64,000 bases of DNA from Nemertoderma westbladi (taxonomy: Eukaryota > Animalia > Xenacoelomorpha). Positions 23,746 through 33,442 of this stretch are shown here, one piece after another (position 1 is the stretch's first letter; every line of letters starts with the position of its first letter). Below the pieces are notes generated by a model that did not search any database, was not told the origin of the DNA, and worked only from the letters and a program-made list of their open reading frames with translations. The stretch is from the NCBI GenBank assembly GCA_032718475.1, contig JAUCBJ010008482.1, forward strand, positions 19,175-83,174. Reading direction: 5' to 3'. The position numbers and the translations under genes were made by a program.

Positions 23746-25401
23746 ATGGATACAAATTTCATAGACAGATTGTTCAATGAGATGGACACTTATAAGACAG
23801 AGGCGGTTGAGTACAATGACGCCATCTGTCTGGACTATGACAATGGAGAATTTTTAACGCAGGCTACAATGGTTGAGGAGGACAATACCGATAGTTTCGA
23901 TGGTGCTACAGACGAAATGCTGAGTCAGTTATCAATGATGGAAGAGGTTATTAGCGACAATTTCGATATTGCAACTGACGAAATGCTGAGTCAGATATCA
24001 ATGGCCGAAGAAGATAATAACCTCAGTCAGGTATCAAAGGTCGAAGATAACAATACCGACAATTTCGATGTCTCTACAGAAGTCGACATAAGACAGGTAG
24101 CAATGGAAGAGGTCTTAACAACAAAGGTCAATGATGGGACCACAGGTAAGAAGAGTCGTTTAGGACCTATCATTGCAGAGGATGAGTACTTACGTGAAAA
24201 TCAAAATCCCAATACAGTCGAGTCTACGAAGCAGTCAATCTCAGCCTTCACGAAGTTCTTGCGTTTACGAAATCCACCAGTTAATAAAGATATCAAAGAC
24301 CTAAATGTTAAGGAAATGGCATGTTACCTCAATGAGTTTATAATGCGGTACAATAAGAGTGAAGATGACGTTTTTGAAACAACTACTCTGAAGACTTACT
24401 ATTATGGAATTATCAGACACTTTAAGGATGCTGGATTTGGAGATGTGTTAAAACAGGTAGAATTTGAGAAAACAAAAAAAATATTTGCTACGCGAATGGG
24501 TGAACTAAAGGCACAAGGTAAGGGAAATCTTGAGAATGCCAGCAGTGCCCTACAGAGGTATGATTTCAAATTAATGAAGAATAAGGGAGTTCTGGGTGTC
24601 GAAACACCAACGCAGCTACGAAACACCTTATACATGGTTCTACTTACCCAGTTCGGGATGCGGCCAGGTTTGGAAATGAGGAACATGGAAGTCGGTGACG
24701 TCATCAAAAAGTGTTGCCCCGAGACAAAGAGAAACTTTTTAGTAATGACAGAAAGAAGAACAAAGACACGGAATGGCCTAACCCAACCTCGACAATATAA
24801 AAATAAAGCGTGGGAATACCCGGAGGATAGGTCTGTGTGTCCAGTGTCCTTGCATGAACTCTATATTGCTAAACGATTTCCTAATGGAAAGGTAGTGTCC
24901 GAAGCACCTTATTGGGTCCGTCCTAAACCAGGCAATCCAAAGTCAGGCAAATCCCTTTGGTTCTGCGACCAGCCAACAGGGAAGAACCACTTTGCAATAA
25001 TATTTAAATCCATTGTCGAGACCGCCGATTTAAAGAGTGATGGACGTAAAATAACGCCTAACAGCTGCCGCAAGACTACAGCACAATCACTCGTAGACAA
25101 TGACGTGCCTGTGAACTACGCCCAGATGAAACTTGGCCATAAAAGCCTGTCCACGACGTCTAGTTATATCCGTCCTTCGGATGCTTCAAACCAGAAAATT
25201 AGCAACATTCTTTCCTCGGTGATGTCAGGTGGGGATAACGTACGAGCGGAGAAAGTCGCACATCACGAGGTTGATGCAGCTGCAACCAAGTCATTGAATT
25301 CAGTGCAGGTGGAAGCGAATCGGTTCAATGCACTCGACTTCAAATCACTATTTACCAATAACGTTATTGCAAGTGACATAAACATAACTTTTACAAAATA
25401 G
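23746..25401 (+). CDS. Crypton-type tyrosine recombinase (DUF3504 / phage-integrase fold), 551 aa
   Basis: Catalytic-type motifs FGMRPGLE (R), ERRTKTRNG (K), ITPNSCRKT (HxxR box, with Asn in place of His) and LGHKSLSTTSSY (H, Y). Also CPVSLHELY and WFCDQPTGKN, typical of DUF3504 proteins. Acidic N-terminal ~21-aa repeats. No internal stops. Confidence 0.88.
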   Translation: MDTNFIDRLFNEMDTYKTEAVEYNDAICLDYDNGEFLTQATMVEEDNTDSFDGATDEMLSQLSMMEEVISDNFDIATDEMLSQISMAEEDNNLSQVSKVEDNNTDNFDVSTEVDIRQVAMEEVLTTKVNDGTTGKKSRLGPIIAEDEYLRENQNPNTVESTKQSISAFTKFLRLRNPPVNKDIKDLNVKEMACYLNEFIMRYNKSEDDVFETTTLKTYYYGIIRHFKDAGFGDVLKQVEFEKTKKIFATRMGELKAQGKGNLENASSALQRYDFKLMKNKGVLGVETPTQLRNTLYMVLLTQFGMRPGLEMRNMEVGDVIKKCCPETKRNFLVMTERRTKTRNGLTQPRQYKNKAWEYPEDRSVCPVSLHELYIAKRFPNGKVVSEAPYWVRPKPGNPKSGKSLWFCDQPTGKNHFAIIFKSIVETADLKSDGRKITPNSCRKTTAQSLVDNDVPVNYAQMKLGHKSLSTTSSYIRPSDASNQKISNILSSVMSGGDNVRAEKVAHHEVDAAATKSLNSVQVEANRFNALDFKSLFTNNVIASDINITFTK

Positions 25402-25704
25402 ACAGTAGACACCTCGTAACAACCAACAACGTATCAGAAACTCTGAAGTAAATTGTTCAACAAATTGCTAAAATTATTTATATTGCGCTTCGAATATTAT
25501 AGGGCCTACTTCATACAGAAACATATTCATTGCCGTTAAAAAGATAGTTATTTTAAAAATATAGATAATTATTCTTCCCCCAAAAAACCAAGCCCCTTTT
25601 TTATGACCTGCCCCACCAACAAATCCCTCTTAGATTTGTTAATTAACCATGTCGGTGTGGAATAGTTACGCGGGAAAATAACTGCTGGTTGGGTAATAAC
25701 TCAC

Positions 25705-25840
25705 TTATTACCCTAGTTTTGAGTTATTTTCCCGGTTATTTTGCCCTTGGAGCAGGATACCCTCGGGCCTGCGGCCCTTGGGTTGTATCCTGCTCCGCGG
25801 GCAAAATAACCGGGAAAATAACTCAAAACTAGGGTAATAA
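25705..25840. repeat. Terminal hairpin of the Crypton
   Basis: Perfect 42-bp arms 25705-25746 / 25799-25840, an inner 12-bp stem GGAGCAGGATAC and an innermost GGGCC-tgc-GGCCC. Confidence 0.95.
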
Positions 25841-25899
25841 ATACAGTAATTGAAACGTTACGAGTGATAATAATAACCTTACTATGTGTAAATGTCTGT

Positions 25900-26570
25900 G
25901 AAAACTGTCTGTCTGTCTGTCTGAGATGGTGTTTCTGCCTGGTTTGTCCGTTACAATATAACAAAAGCATTCTTTCTAGCTCAAAAGTTATGTTATGGGG
26001 GTTTTCCTGGTCGCTGATTTTATTCCAAACGTCAGTTTTCACTTTTAACGAAAACTTTTATTTCTCTATGTCTGTCTGTCTGTCAAAATATAAGGACATC
26101 ATACCACCAACCTGAAACTTTATGTTTTGGTTTTTTTCGTCGCTGATTTCATTTCCGAAGTCAGTTTTCATTTTTAATGAAGTCTAATATGTCTGATTGT
26201 CGGTCTGGCTGTATATCCGTCTGTCAAAATATAAGGAATGCATTCCAACTAGATAAAAGTTGTGTTATGGGGTTATTCTAGCTGCTGTTTTCATTTCCGA
26301 CGTCAGTTTTCACTTTTAACAAAACCTACTATGTTTGTCTGTCCGTTTTTCTGTCTGTCCTGAGATCTGTCTGTCATAGTAATAAGAATGCATACCAACT
26401 AGCTAAAAATTTTGTTATGGGGGTTTTCATGGTTGGTGATTTCATTCCCAATGTCAGTTTTCGTATTTGATGGGCGATTTTGAAGGGCAGGCAAACATGA
26501 CTCTGTCAAATGAGTTACCTGACTGTAGAAATGAAATCACCGACCCGGAAAACCCTTGCTACAAAATATT
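25900..26570. mobile_element. Relic of a DNA transposon with ~115-150-bp subrepeats
   Basis: Four diverged copies of TTATGGGGGTTTTC..GTCGCTGATTTCATTCC..CGTCAGTTTTCA. Its reverse complement occurs inside the 52018-52807 element. Ends not found. Confidence 0.45.
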
Positions 26571-27187
26571 CAGCGGGATTGTGTGCATTCTAACATTTCA
26601 ATGGACAATAATAAATTAAATTTAATGAAATTAAATTTCAAAATGCAAAGGCTTTTCTGAAAATGAACGAATTTGTGTGAAATTTGGCTCGAATGATGAC
26701 TGGGTGATGCTTAACACCCCCTATTAGCATTTTTTTTAATTTTCATTGTTATAGCTGAAATATTTAACAAAATGTGTCAATTTTTTGGTCAAAAATGTCA
26801 AAATTTCGCAAAAAAAGTCGTTTTTTTTAAATAATTTTTGAACATACTCATTTATCAAAATTCTGGTCAAGCCATTCTGCACAAATGATGAAATTTTAAG
26901 CACTTGATGACCATCCCTCTAAGAGCCTTTGCATTTTAAATTACTGTTGCATAAATTATGTTAACTACTGTTGGTTAAAAAATTAAAAATTTCGAAAAAT
27001 TTTTATCCATCTATCTATGCATTGTCAATAAATTTTGGTAAAACGAAGTCTCCTAAATAAAGGAAACAACATTTTTAGTTTAATAGTCAACCCCCCCCCC
27101 CCCCCCCCCCCCCAAACAAAACTATTGTATTCCAATATGTTCTGAACTTAATCAATCCTTAATGATCCACTCCATTTCCTTTTCTAG

Positions 27188-27534
27188 GCGACCAATCACA
27201 ACGATCCTTAGATGATTCAGTCATGCTCACTTACGACAATGACGTAACACCCGGAAGTATAAATAATTCCTTCGACCAACATGGTCCCTCTGGGATTCCA
27301 ACCTGGGACAGCTGTGATACTTGTGGTAAGGTGTTCGCAAGGAACAGCTACCTAATTGCACATAAACGGACCCACACCGGTGAACGTCCATACCAATGCG
27401 ATATCTGCCACAATCGTTTCTTTCAACTAAGCCACCTAACCGTGCATAGTCGAATGCACAGTGGTGAGAGACCGTATAACTGCTATGAGTGTCCAAAAAG
27501 TTTCTCTCACCTAAGCAACCTAACAAAAGCGTAA
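27188..27534 (+). CDS. Terminal exon of a C2H2 (Kruppel-type) zinc-finger gene, third finger truncated
   Basis: Polypyrimidine tract and acceptor TTTTCTAG ending at 27187. Fingers CDTC...HKRTH, linker TGERPY, CDIC...HSRMH, linker SGERPY, then CYEC...SHLSNLTKA-stop lacking the His pair. Confidence 0.72.
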
Positions 27535-28102
27535 AAAAATAAAGCGTAAGATAGATTTTGGGTGGATTATATTGATTTGTAATATTCTTATAAATATTTG
27601 CTTTTTTTACGCCCTTTGCGGCCAGAGACAAAATTTATATTTTTTACTTAAAATGCCACACCTTTGATATGCCTTATTTTTAGAAGTTGTATGTTTTAAC
27701 CTGTTTTTTGGAATAAGAGAAAAAATCGAGCAGCGCCAGAAGTAACTAAGGAGCACAATGGGAAATATAGGAATAATAGTTGAATTAAGCGGGGTGACTG
27801 AATAACGAGTAACAGAAATCACAATAGTAATGGAGTAAGTACAATAGATCGGTCAGCAGCGCATGGCTAGTTTTATTTCGCCTTTATCTCCCCTGTAAAT
27901 ATCAAAATATATCCGATCGTGGAGAACTGTATATATACGTATTAAAACTCGTGCTTAACTAGGGAAAACAAAGTCATCTAGGGGTAGCGCATAATCCTTC
28001 AATCAAGGCGAAACGCAACCAAACTAGAGTAAATAGTAGGTAACCACAAATAAGATAGGTGATAATAAAATTGCTACAAAAAAATTCTGAACAAACAAAA
28101 AC

Positions 28103-28446
28103 AAGCAAATAAAGCCTGGTGCGACCCACTAGATGTTGCAGCCTCTCAGAATATTTTAACTAATGTCACTGACACATCCGACAAGACTCGTCTCCTAGCC
28201 TCAGTGGCAGACCATGCAGGTGCAGGTGGCACTAGTCTAGGAGTTCAACTGCCGCGACACCTTATCGCCTTCCCACCTCCCAGCAACATCAATCTATGCT
28301 GGAGCTGCAGCTTCCAATGCCGAAACTTTAAAGGCAAATAATAAGTACACAGACCTGCAGCACAACCACCACTTTGCCACCATCATCGCCTTCGAAACAC
28401 TCAGCCACATTGGCTGCGAAGGTACCAGGATACTCGGGAGGTCGGT
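28103..28446 (+). mobile_element. CRE-like non-LTR retrotransposon C-terminal fragment
   Basis: Translates to WCDP...DKTRLLASVADHAGA and CRDTLSPSHL...AGAAASNAETLKANNKYTDL...FATIIAFETLSHIG, resembling the restriction-like endonuclease region of CRE-clade elements. Confidence 0.65.
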
Positions 28447-29316
28447 CAAGTACATTACTACAGTACATATTAATAGTTTAATCAATTAATTTGTCAAGTA
28501 CATTACTACAGTACATATTAATAGTTTAATCAATTAATTTGTCAAGTACGTTACTACAGTTTAATCAATTAATTTGTTAACGTTGCACTACAGTACATAG
28601 CAGAAAGGAATGTTACGATGGATAATATGTATTACAATCTTAATTAATAGTTACGAAACAACACAATAAATTAAATTTAGGATATTCGTTTTCTTAAGTA
28701 AATAATATATTTTAAGCGCAATAAAGTAACTGCTACTGCAGCAACACTGTACTTCCCCTTCAAAACTGTGTAATAAGTATTGATATTGAGGCTTTCTGTT
28801 ACAACCTATTGTACTCTCTTGGCGATGTTCCAATATAGTCTAACAGTAGTGGATGGGTCGACTAAAGGGAAGTTAATTCAATAGAGGCTGTTTCAAAAAA
28901 TATGGTTGACCTTATTTCATTGCAGTTTTAACTAATAATAGAGGCTCAAATATCAGTGTAGTACATCGAGATCAATTGGCAATTTAGCAACTTGAAGGGG
29001 AGGAGTAGTCGTACTTTTGCGCTATTATAGTAGTAGAGATAGAGCGCATTTTTTAGAACCAGAAAAAGTGAATTTTGGAAAAATGCAACTTGCGGTCTTT
29101 TTACATTGCACGGCAGAGATGTGGTGAACATTAGAATTAGGCACTGTACAAAGTATACTGTTACTGAATCCATAGGCTGCTAATAATACTGCGTCGTGGA
29201 ACTGTACATTGTGGCAATATTATTTACTGGATAATCGATAAGTAATGTTTAAAGATTTGGAATCCAAATGAGAGGCTAGCCATATGTATCAACAAATACT
29301 TATGAGATACCAAAAT

Positions 29317-29404
29317 CTATAGCAGAGAGGTCGAGAGCTCATTGAGGTCGGTATGAGCAGGGAGGGTACCGAGCACAGGGCATTGCCTCACACAATGGCC
29401 ATCC
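29317..29404 (-). mobile_element. Inverted continuation (extreme C-terminus) of the CRE-like fragment
   Basis: Minus strand reads MAIV*GNALC then, after a frameshift, GTLPAHTDLNELSTSLL*, resembling the S(I/V)A(I/V)QRGNA terminal motif. Confidence 0.55.
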
Positions 29405-29492
29405 AAATTAATTGATTAAACTGTAGTAACGTACTTGACAAATTAACTGATTAAACAATAATGATGGTTTCGTTATTGGATTTAAAGAAATA

Positions 29493-30095
29493 ATGATGGA
29501 TTCAGTGTGCTCAAAATTACGAAGGTGTACTAAATGCGGTATGCCTGTCAAAGGTCACCCTGTCCCATGTGGTTCCTAGTGCCAGCTTACTTACGATTAA
29601 ACGGAAATGGGACGTCATCTGGAAGCTCAGCAGATGGTGAAGAATCGGCGTAAAATGAAAGAGAGAACTTCGAGCAAACGACCATCGGCCTTAATAAAGA
29701 ATAGACAAAAGAAAAAGCAACCTTCGGCATTACTAAAAGATAGACTCAGGAAAAAGCAACCTGACAGTTTGAAAAAAGCGAGAAATCGAGCGAAAAATCC
29801 AGCAGCAATGACAAAGTCTAGGGGTCGAAATCAAACAACAGAAGCGTTAGCCAAAGCCCAGAAAAGGGCACATAGAGACAGAAATAAAAAGAATTCAACA
29901 AATATAAAGTCGCTTGGTCTAAACAGGGAAACCCCCCACCTGAGTGCTTCCCCACGGAACTATCAGTTTAAATCATATCAAAGACCCACCAGACGGGCTA
30001 CAAGAGTTATTCAGTGCGAAGACGGGAAGATCCAGACAATTTATTGAAAATATCCGTTCATACAACGGATTGGTATCAATGGCCTCCAAGAACAT
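29493..30095 (+). pseudogene. Helitron RepHel N-terminal region
   Basis: CTKCGMPVKGH motif, a basic repeat-rich segment, then PPDGLQELF...RQFIENIRSYNGLVSMAS, matching the Helitron F..NIR.YN...(F/M).S motif. Contains stops and a frameshift. Confidence 0.7.
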
Positions 30096-30280
30096 ACAGA
30101 ATACATGTACATGTAGATTTATAGATAATATTTGTACCGTATTGCTTATACACATGTATAATGGGCTACACAGAGTATACAACAACTACCACCATTGATA
30201 GATAACGAATAAATATAGTCTCAGAGATCTCTGTAACTACGGTGATGTCCTTATAGTAGAGTTGTTAGTCTTCTAGCAAA

Positions 30281-30394
30281 TCAACAGAGCCTGTTGCATC
30301 TAAACACATTGATAACTTGTGAAAATTCCATTACACTACATTCATTGAATCGATTAAAGCATTCTTCTATAACTTCTTTGTAAGTAGGTACGAA
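30281..30394 (-). CDS. Exon 2 of predicted secreted Glu/Cys-rich peptide (FVPTYKEVIEECFNRFNECSVMEFSQVINVFRCNRLC*)
   Basis: Acceptor GTTTGTTGTTATGTTTCTAG immediately upstream. Phase 0, compatible with the exon 1 donor at 38265. Open to TGA at 30283-30281. Paralogous copy at 44029. Confidence 0.6.
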   Translation of the reverse strand, partial: FVPTYKEVIEECFNRFNECSVMEFSQVINVFRCNRLC

Positions 30395-30647
30395 CTAGAA
30401 ACATAACAACAAACCCATTTGTTATCACAATCCTATCATATACTGTATTGTATATACTGAAATTCCTAATTAATATAATCTAATAATATATGAATAATAC
30501 TTTTATAAATACTGCTGCCGTTCTATTTATTGTAGTTTGAAAAATAATAATTCTCTAAAGCAGATTAATTCTAGGGCGACATTAATTTCATCGTAATTAG
30601 TATTACTACTAGGTCGAGCGAACTCGGACAGTGGAAATAAGATCCTT

Positions 30648-32375
30648 CCTACTACTAGGATCGGCATGCTGCATTGCAGCTGCATTTTTAAGAATGCTGT
30701 GCCGGCTTGTCAACAAAATTGCACCGCCACAACTCCCTATCACCCATGACATTTGCTAGATCATCCGCATCTTCAAGGCCAGTGTCCTTTAAGATGCGTC
30801 TCAAGAAAGTCATGGGCTGTCCACCATGCTTATTCACTCCATGAGGCTGCCAAAGTACAAGATTATGCACTGGCTGGTCCTCACGGCGTAAGCAATGTCC
30901 TGCAAAGCGGAGGCGATTTTGTTCTAGTGTCAAGTTTGGGGAATCCAATGAGACACCTCCAATGTTATATAGTGACTGGTTGGAGATGTGTGCATTGTAC
31001 TTGACACAATGAACCCGGCGTAGCATTCTTGTGAATGTGCCATCCAGAGATTTGGTGTCCTCAGCAGTTAGAGCCCAGCATGGACTCACATAAAAGAGTA
31101 CTGGAACTACTGCTGCTCTAAATAATCGGAACTTAAGTTTCCGATTAATTCTCGGTGACTTCCAAATCCTGGAAAGCCTATTCAAGGCTGCCCATGCCTT
31201 TCCCTTACGTATTCGAAGGTCCTCACCTGACTTCCGGATCCATGATCCCAGGTAACAGAAGTCGTCCACATGCTCAAGCATACCATCCTTTGAGCTTATG
31301 CTCATCCGATCAGAGACTTGCTGAGGACTTTCAAAGTTAACTGTCAAAATTTTGGTCTTTCTGGAGTTAATAAAAAGACCAACACTAGAAGCAGCATGTT
31401 CTAATGAGCTGAGGAGCCGTTGGGCTCCCTCTAGTGATTATGAGAATACTCCTAAGTCATCAGCAAAGTCTAGATCAGTTAGGTACTTGGCAGGATTTCC
31501 TCGACTTCTGGAGCCAGTAGGTGGAGTTATCATCACCCCATCATCATTATGATGATCTAAGGACATAGTCAACCACAATTATGAACAAGAATGGTGCAGG
31601 TGTGTCTCCCTGGAGGACGCCCCATAACACTTCAAATGGATCTGTGTCACCGTCAACAGTATACACAAATGTTGTCGAACCATCGTATACTGATCTGATT
31701 GCTGCAATAATTTCATCAGGAATCCCATATAATGAAAGTATGCTGAACATACGTGAGCGAGGGACTGAATCAAAGGCCTTGAAGTCAACAAAGATAACAG
31801 CCAGATGCCTGTCTTTCTTTTTGGATAACTCTTCAAAGTGCCAAAATGGGCTCCATGGTCCCACGACCTTTACGGAACCCATTCTGATTTCCACGGATCA
31901 GTCTCTCAATGAGATCCCTGATGCGATTTAATAAAATTCTATTGTACATATAGCTTTGCAGCAATCGAGATCAATGAGATTCCCCGAAAAGAACCATAGA
32001 GTGTTAGGTTGCCCTTCTTGGGAACTGGCACCAACTTATTTGTTTTAATTTCTTGTGGGACTCTTGTTGTTCGGTACATGTCTACTATGATGGGATAGAT
32101 GACCTTTAAACACTCAGGTATTTTAAAGACCTCAGGGGGAACACCATCTACTCCACTGGCACGATTGGTCTTAATGCTCTTTGCAGCAGCCTTCACTTCT
32201 GCAAAGGAGATATCACCAATGGGAATATCTGGGAGTACAGACTCAGACACTTTTACTTCTATAAAGTTATCAGGCAATACCCTGTCATTATTGAGGAGCT
32301 TTTCAAAGTGGGCCTTCTAACCATTTAGGCGATGAGCTGGTGATTCAGCCTTAACCTTGGTGGTTGGTTGGCTTC
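30648..32375 (-). mobile_element. 5'-truncated, frameshifted RTE-clade LINE (RT plus C-terminus)
   Basis: RASGVDGVP, FRGISL, FVDFKAFDS, GVLQGD, DLDFADDL, FCYLGS and RLRFAGHC across ORFs 31939-32277, 31547-31894 and 30688-31347. (TAG)n tail near 30648. Confidence 0.9.
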
Positions 32376-32850
32376 CTACCAGATCCTTCCCGGCTTCCGA
32401 TTCTCCATAGTTGTCGCAATTTCGTTTCTCCCAAGTTCAGTATCCCTTTCAAGTTGATCTATATATGTTATGGCCGGACGTCCACGACTACGCTTTCCAT
32501 GAGTTGGTTGCGAGAAAAGTAGATCTGGTATGACCTCGTCTTTACTTCGCCAGCAGTGCCCACTGAATCTTAATCTGCGTTCACGGAGGGTGGTGATACA
32601 GGCGGTATTGTACCATTGTACCATAAAGCTCGGCCTTTGTCATGTGTTGTCTCCAGCTGTTGTTTAGGGCTGCCCTTTGTAGTCTTGTGTAGCAACCATC
32701 AATTCGTTGTTCAAGTGATTTAGTCACTGGCCAGGTCTCACCCCCGTATAAAATACACATTCCACTGTGACTCGAAAGAACTTAGTCTTCAGGTGCCTGG
32801 AGAGATCTGATTTCCATGGTATCCATTTTTGATAGAGCTACCCAAGCCCA
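32376..32850 (-). mobile_element. Second RTE-family 3' fragment
   Basis: RERRLRFSGHCWR...HGKRSRGRPAITYIDQL, and upstream LYGGETW-like sequence. Confidence 0.8.
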
Positions 32851-32913
32851 ATTAGTATTAATTGCAACATATTATTCAGATTATATTATACAACACTGTA
32901 GGCCCTACTGTAT

Positions 32914-33107
32914 CTACTACTAGGATCGGCATATGCTGCGTTGCAGCTGCATTTTCAAGAATGCTGTGCCGGCTTGTCGACAAAATTGCGCCGCCACAAC
33001 TCCCTATCCCTATCATCCATGACATTTGCTAGATCATCCGCATCTTCGAGGCCAGTGTCATTTAAGATGCGTCTCAAGAAAGTTATGGGTTGTCCACCAT
33101 ACTTATT
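32914..33107 (-). mobile_element. 3' end copy of the first RTE family, continuing at 38041-38070 after a LINE insertion
   Basis: Highly similar to 30650-30835. The sequence CTTATT|CACTCCATGAGG resumes at 38041. Confidence 0.85.
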
Positions 33108-33442
33108 TAATTTAATTAATTTAATTTAATGTTTAATCCAGGCCCACTATGGCCCATAAAATACAGTAAAATCAGTAGTAAGTAAGTAGGTTAGACATAA
33201 GAGCACAAAAAAAAAATGACGGTAATTAATTAGCTAATAATAATAATTATGAACAGACAATACTAAATAACGTAAATTAAGGGAATACCTGCCCGAGCCG
33301 GGAATAGTACACACACACACAATGTCGAAAAACTGAATAAACAATACACAACAATATTAAAAATACAATATTACGTAATACAATAATTATATTCTGTATA
33401 AAATAATTCTGAATAATATTACAAAGTACAATATATAATCTA

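Larger units (their letters stand above)
22731..25840 (+). mobile_element. Crypton tyrosine-recombinase DNA transposon, apparently full length
   Basis: 32-bp inverted repeat at 22731-22762 / 25670-25701 (3 mismatches), then a 136-bp terminal palindrome at 25705-25840. It encloses a single YR ORF. Confidence 0.82.
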
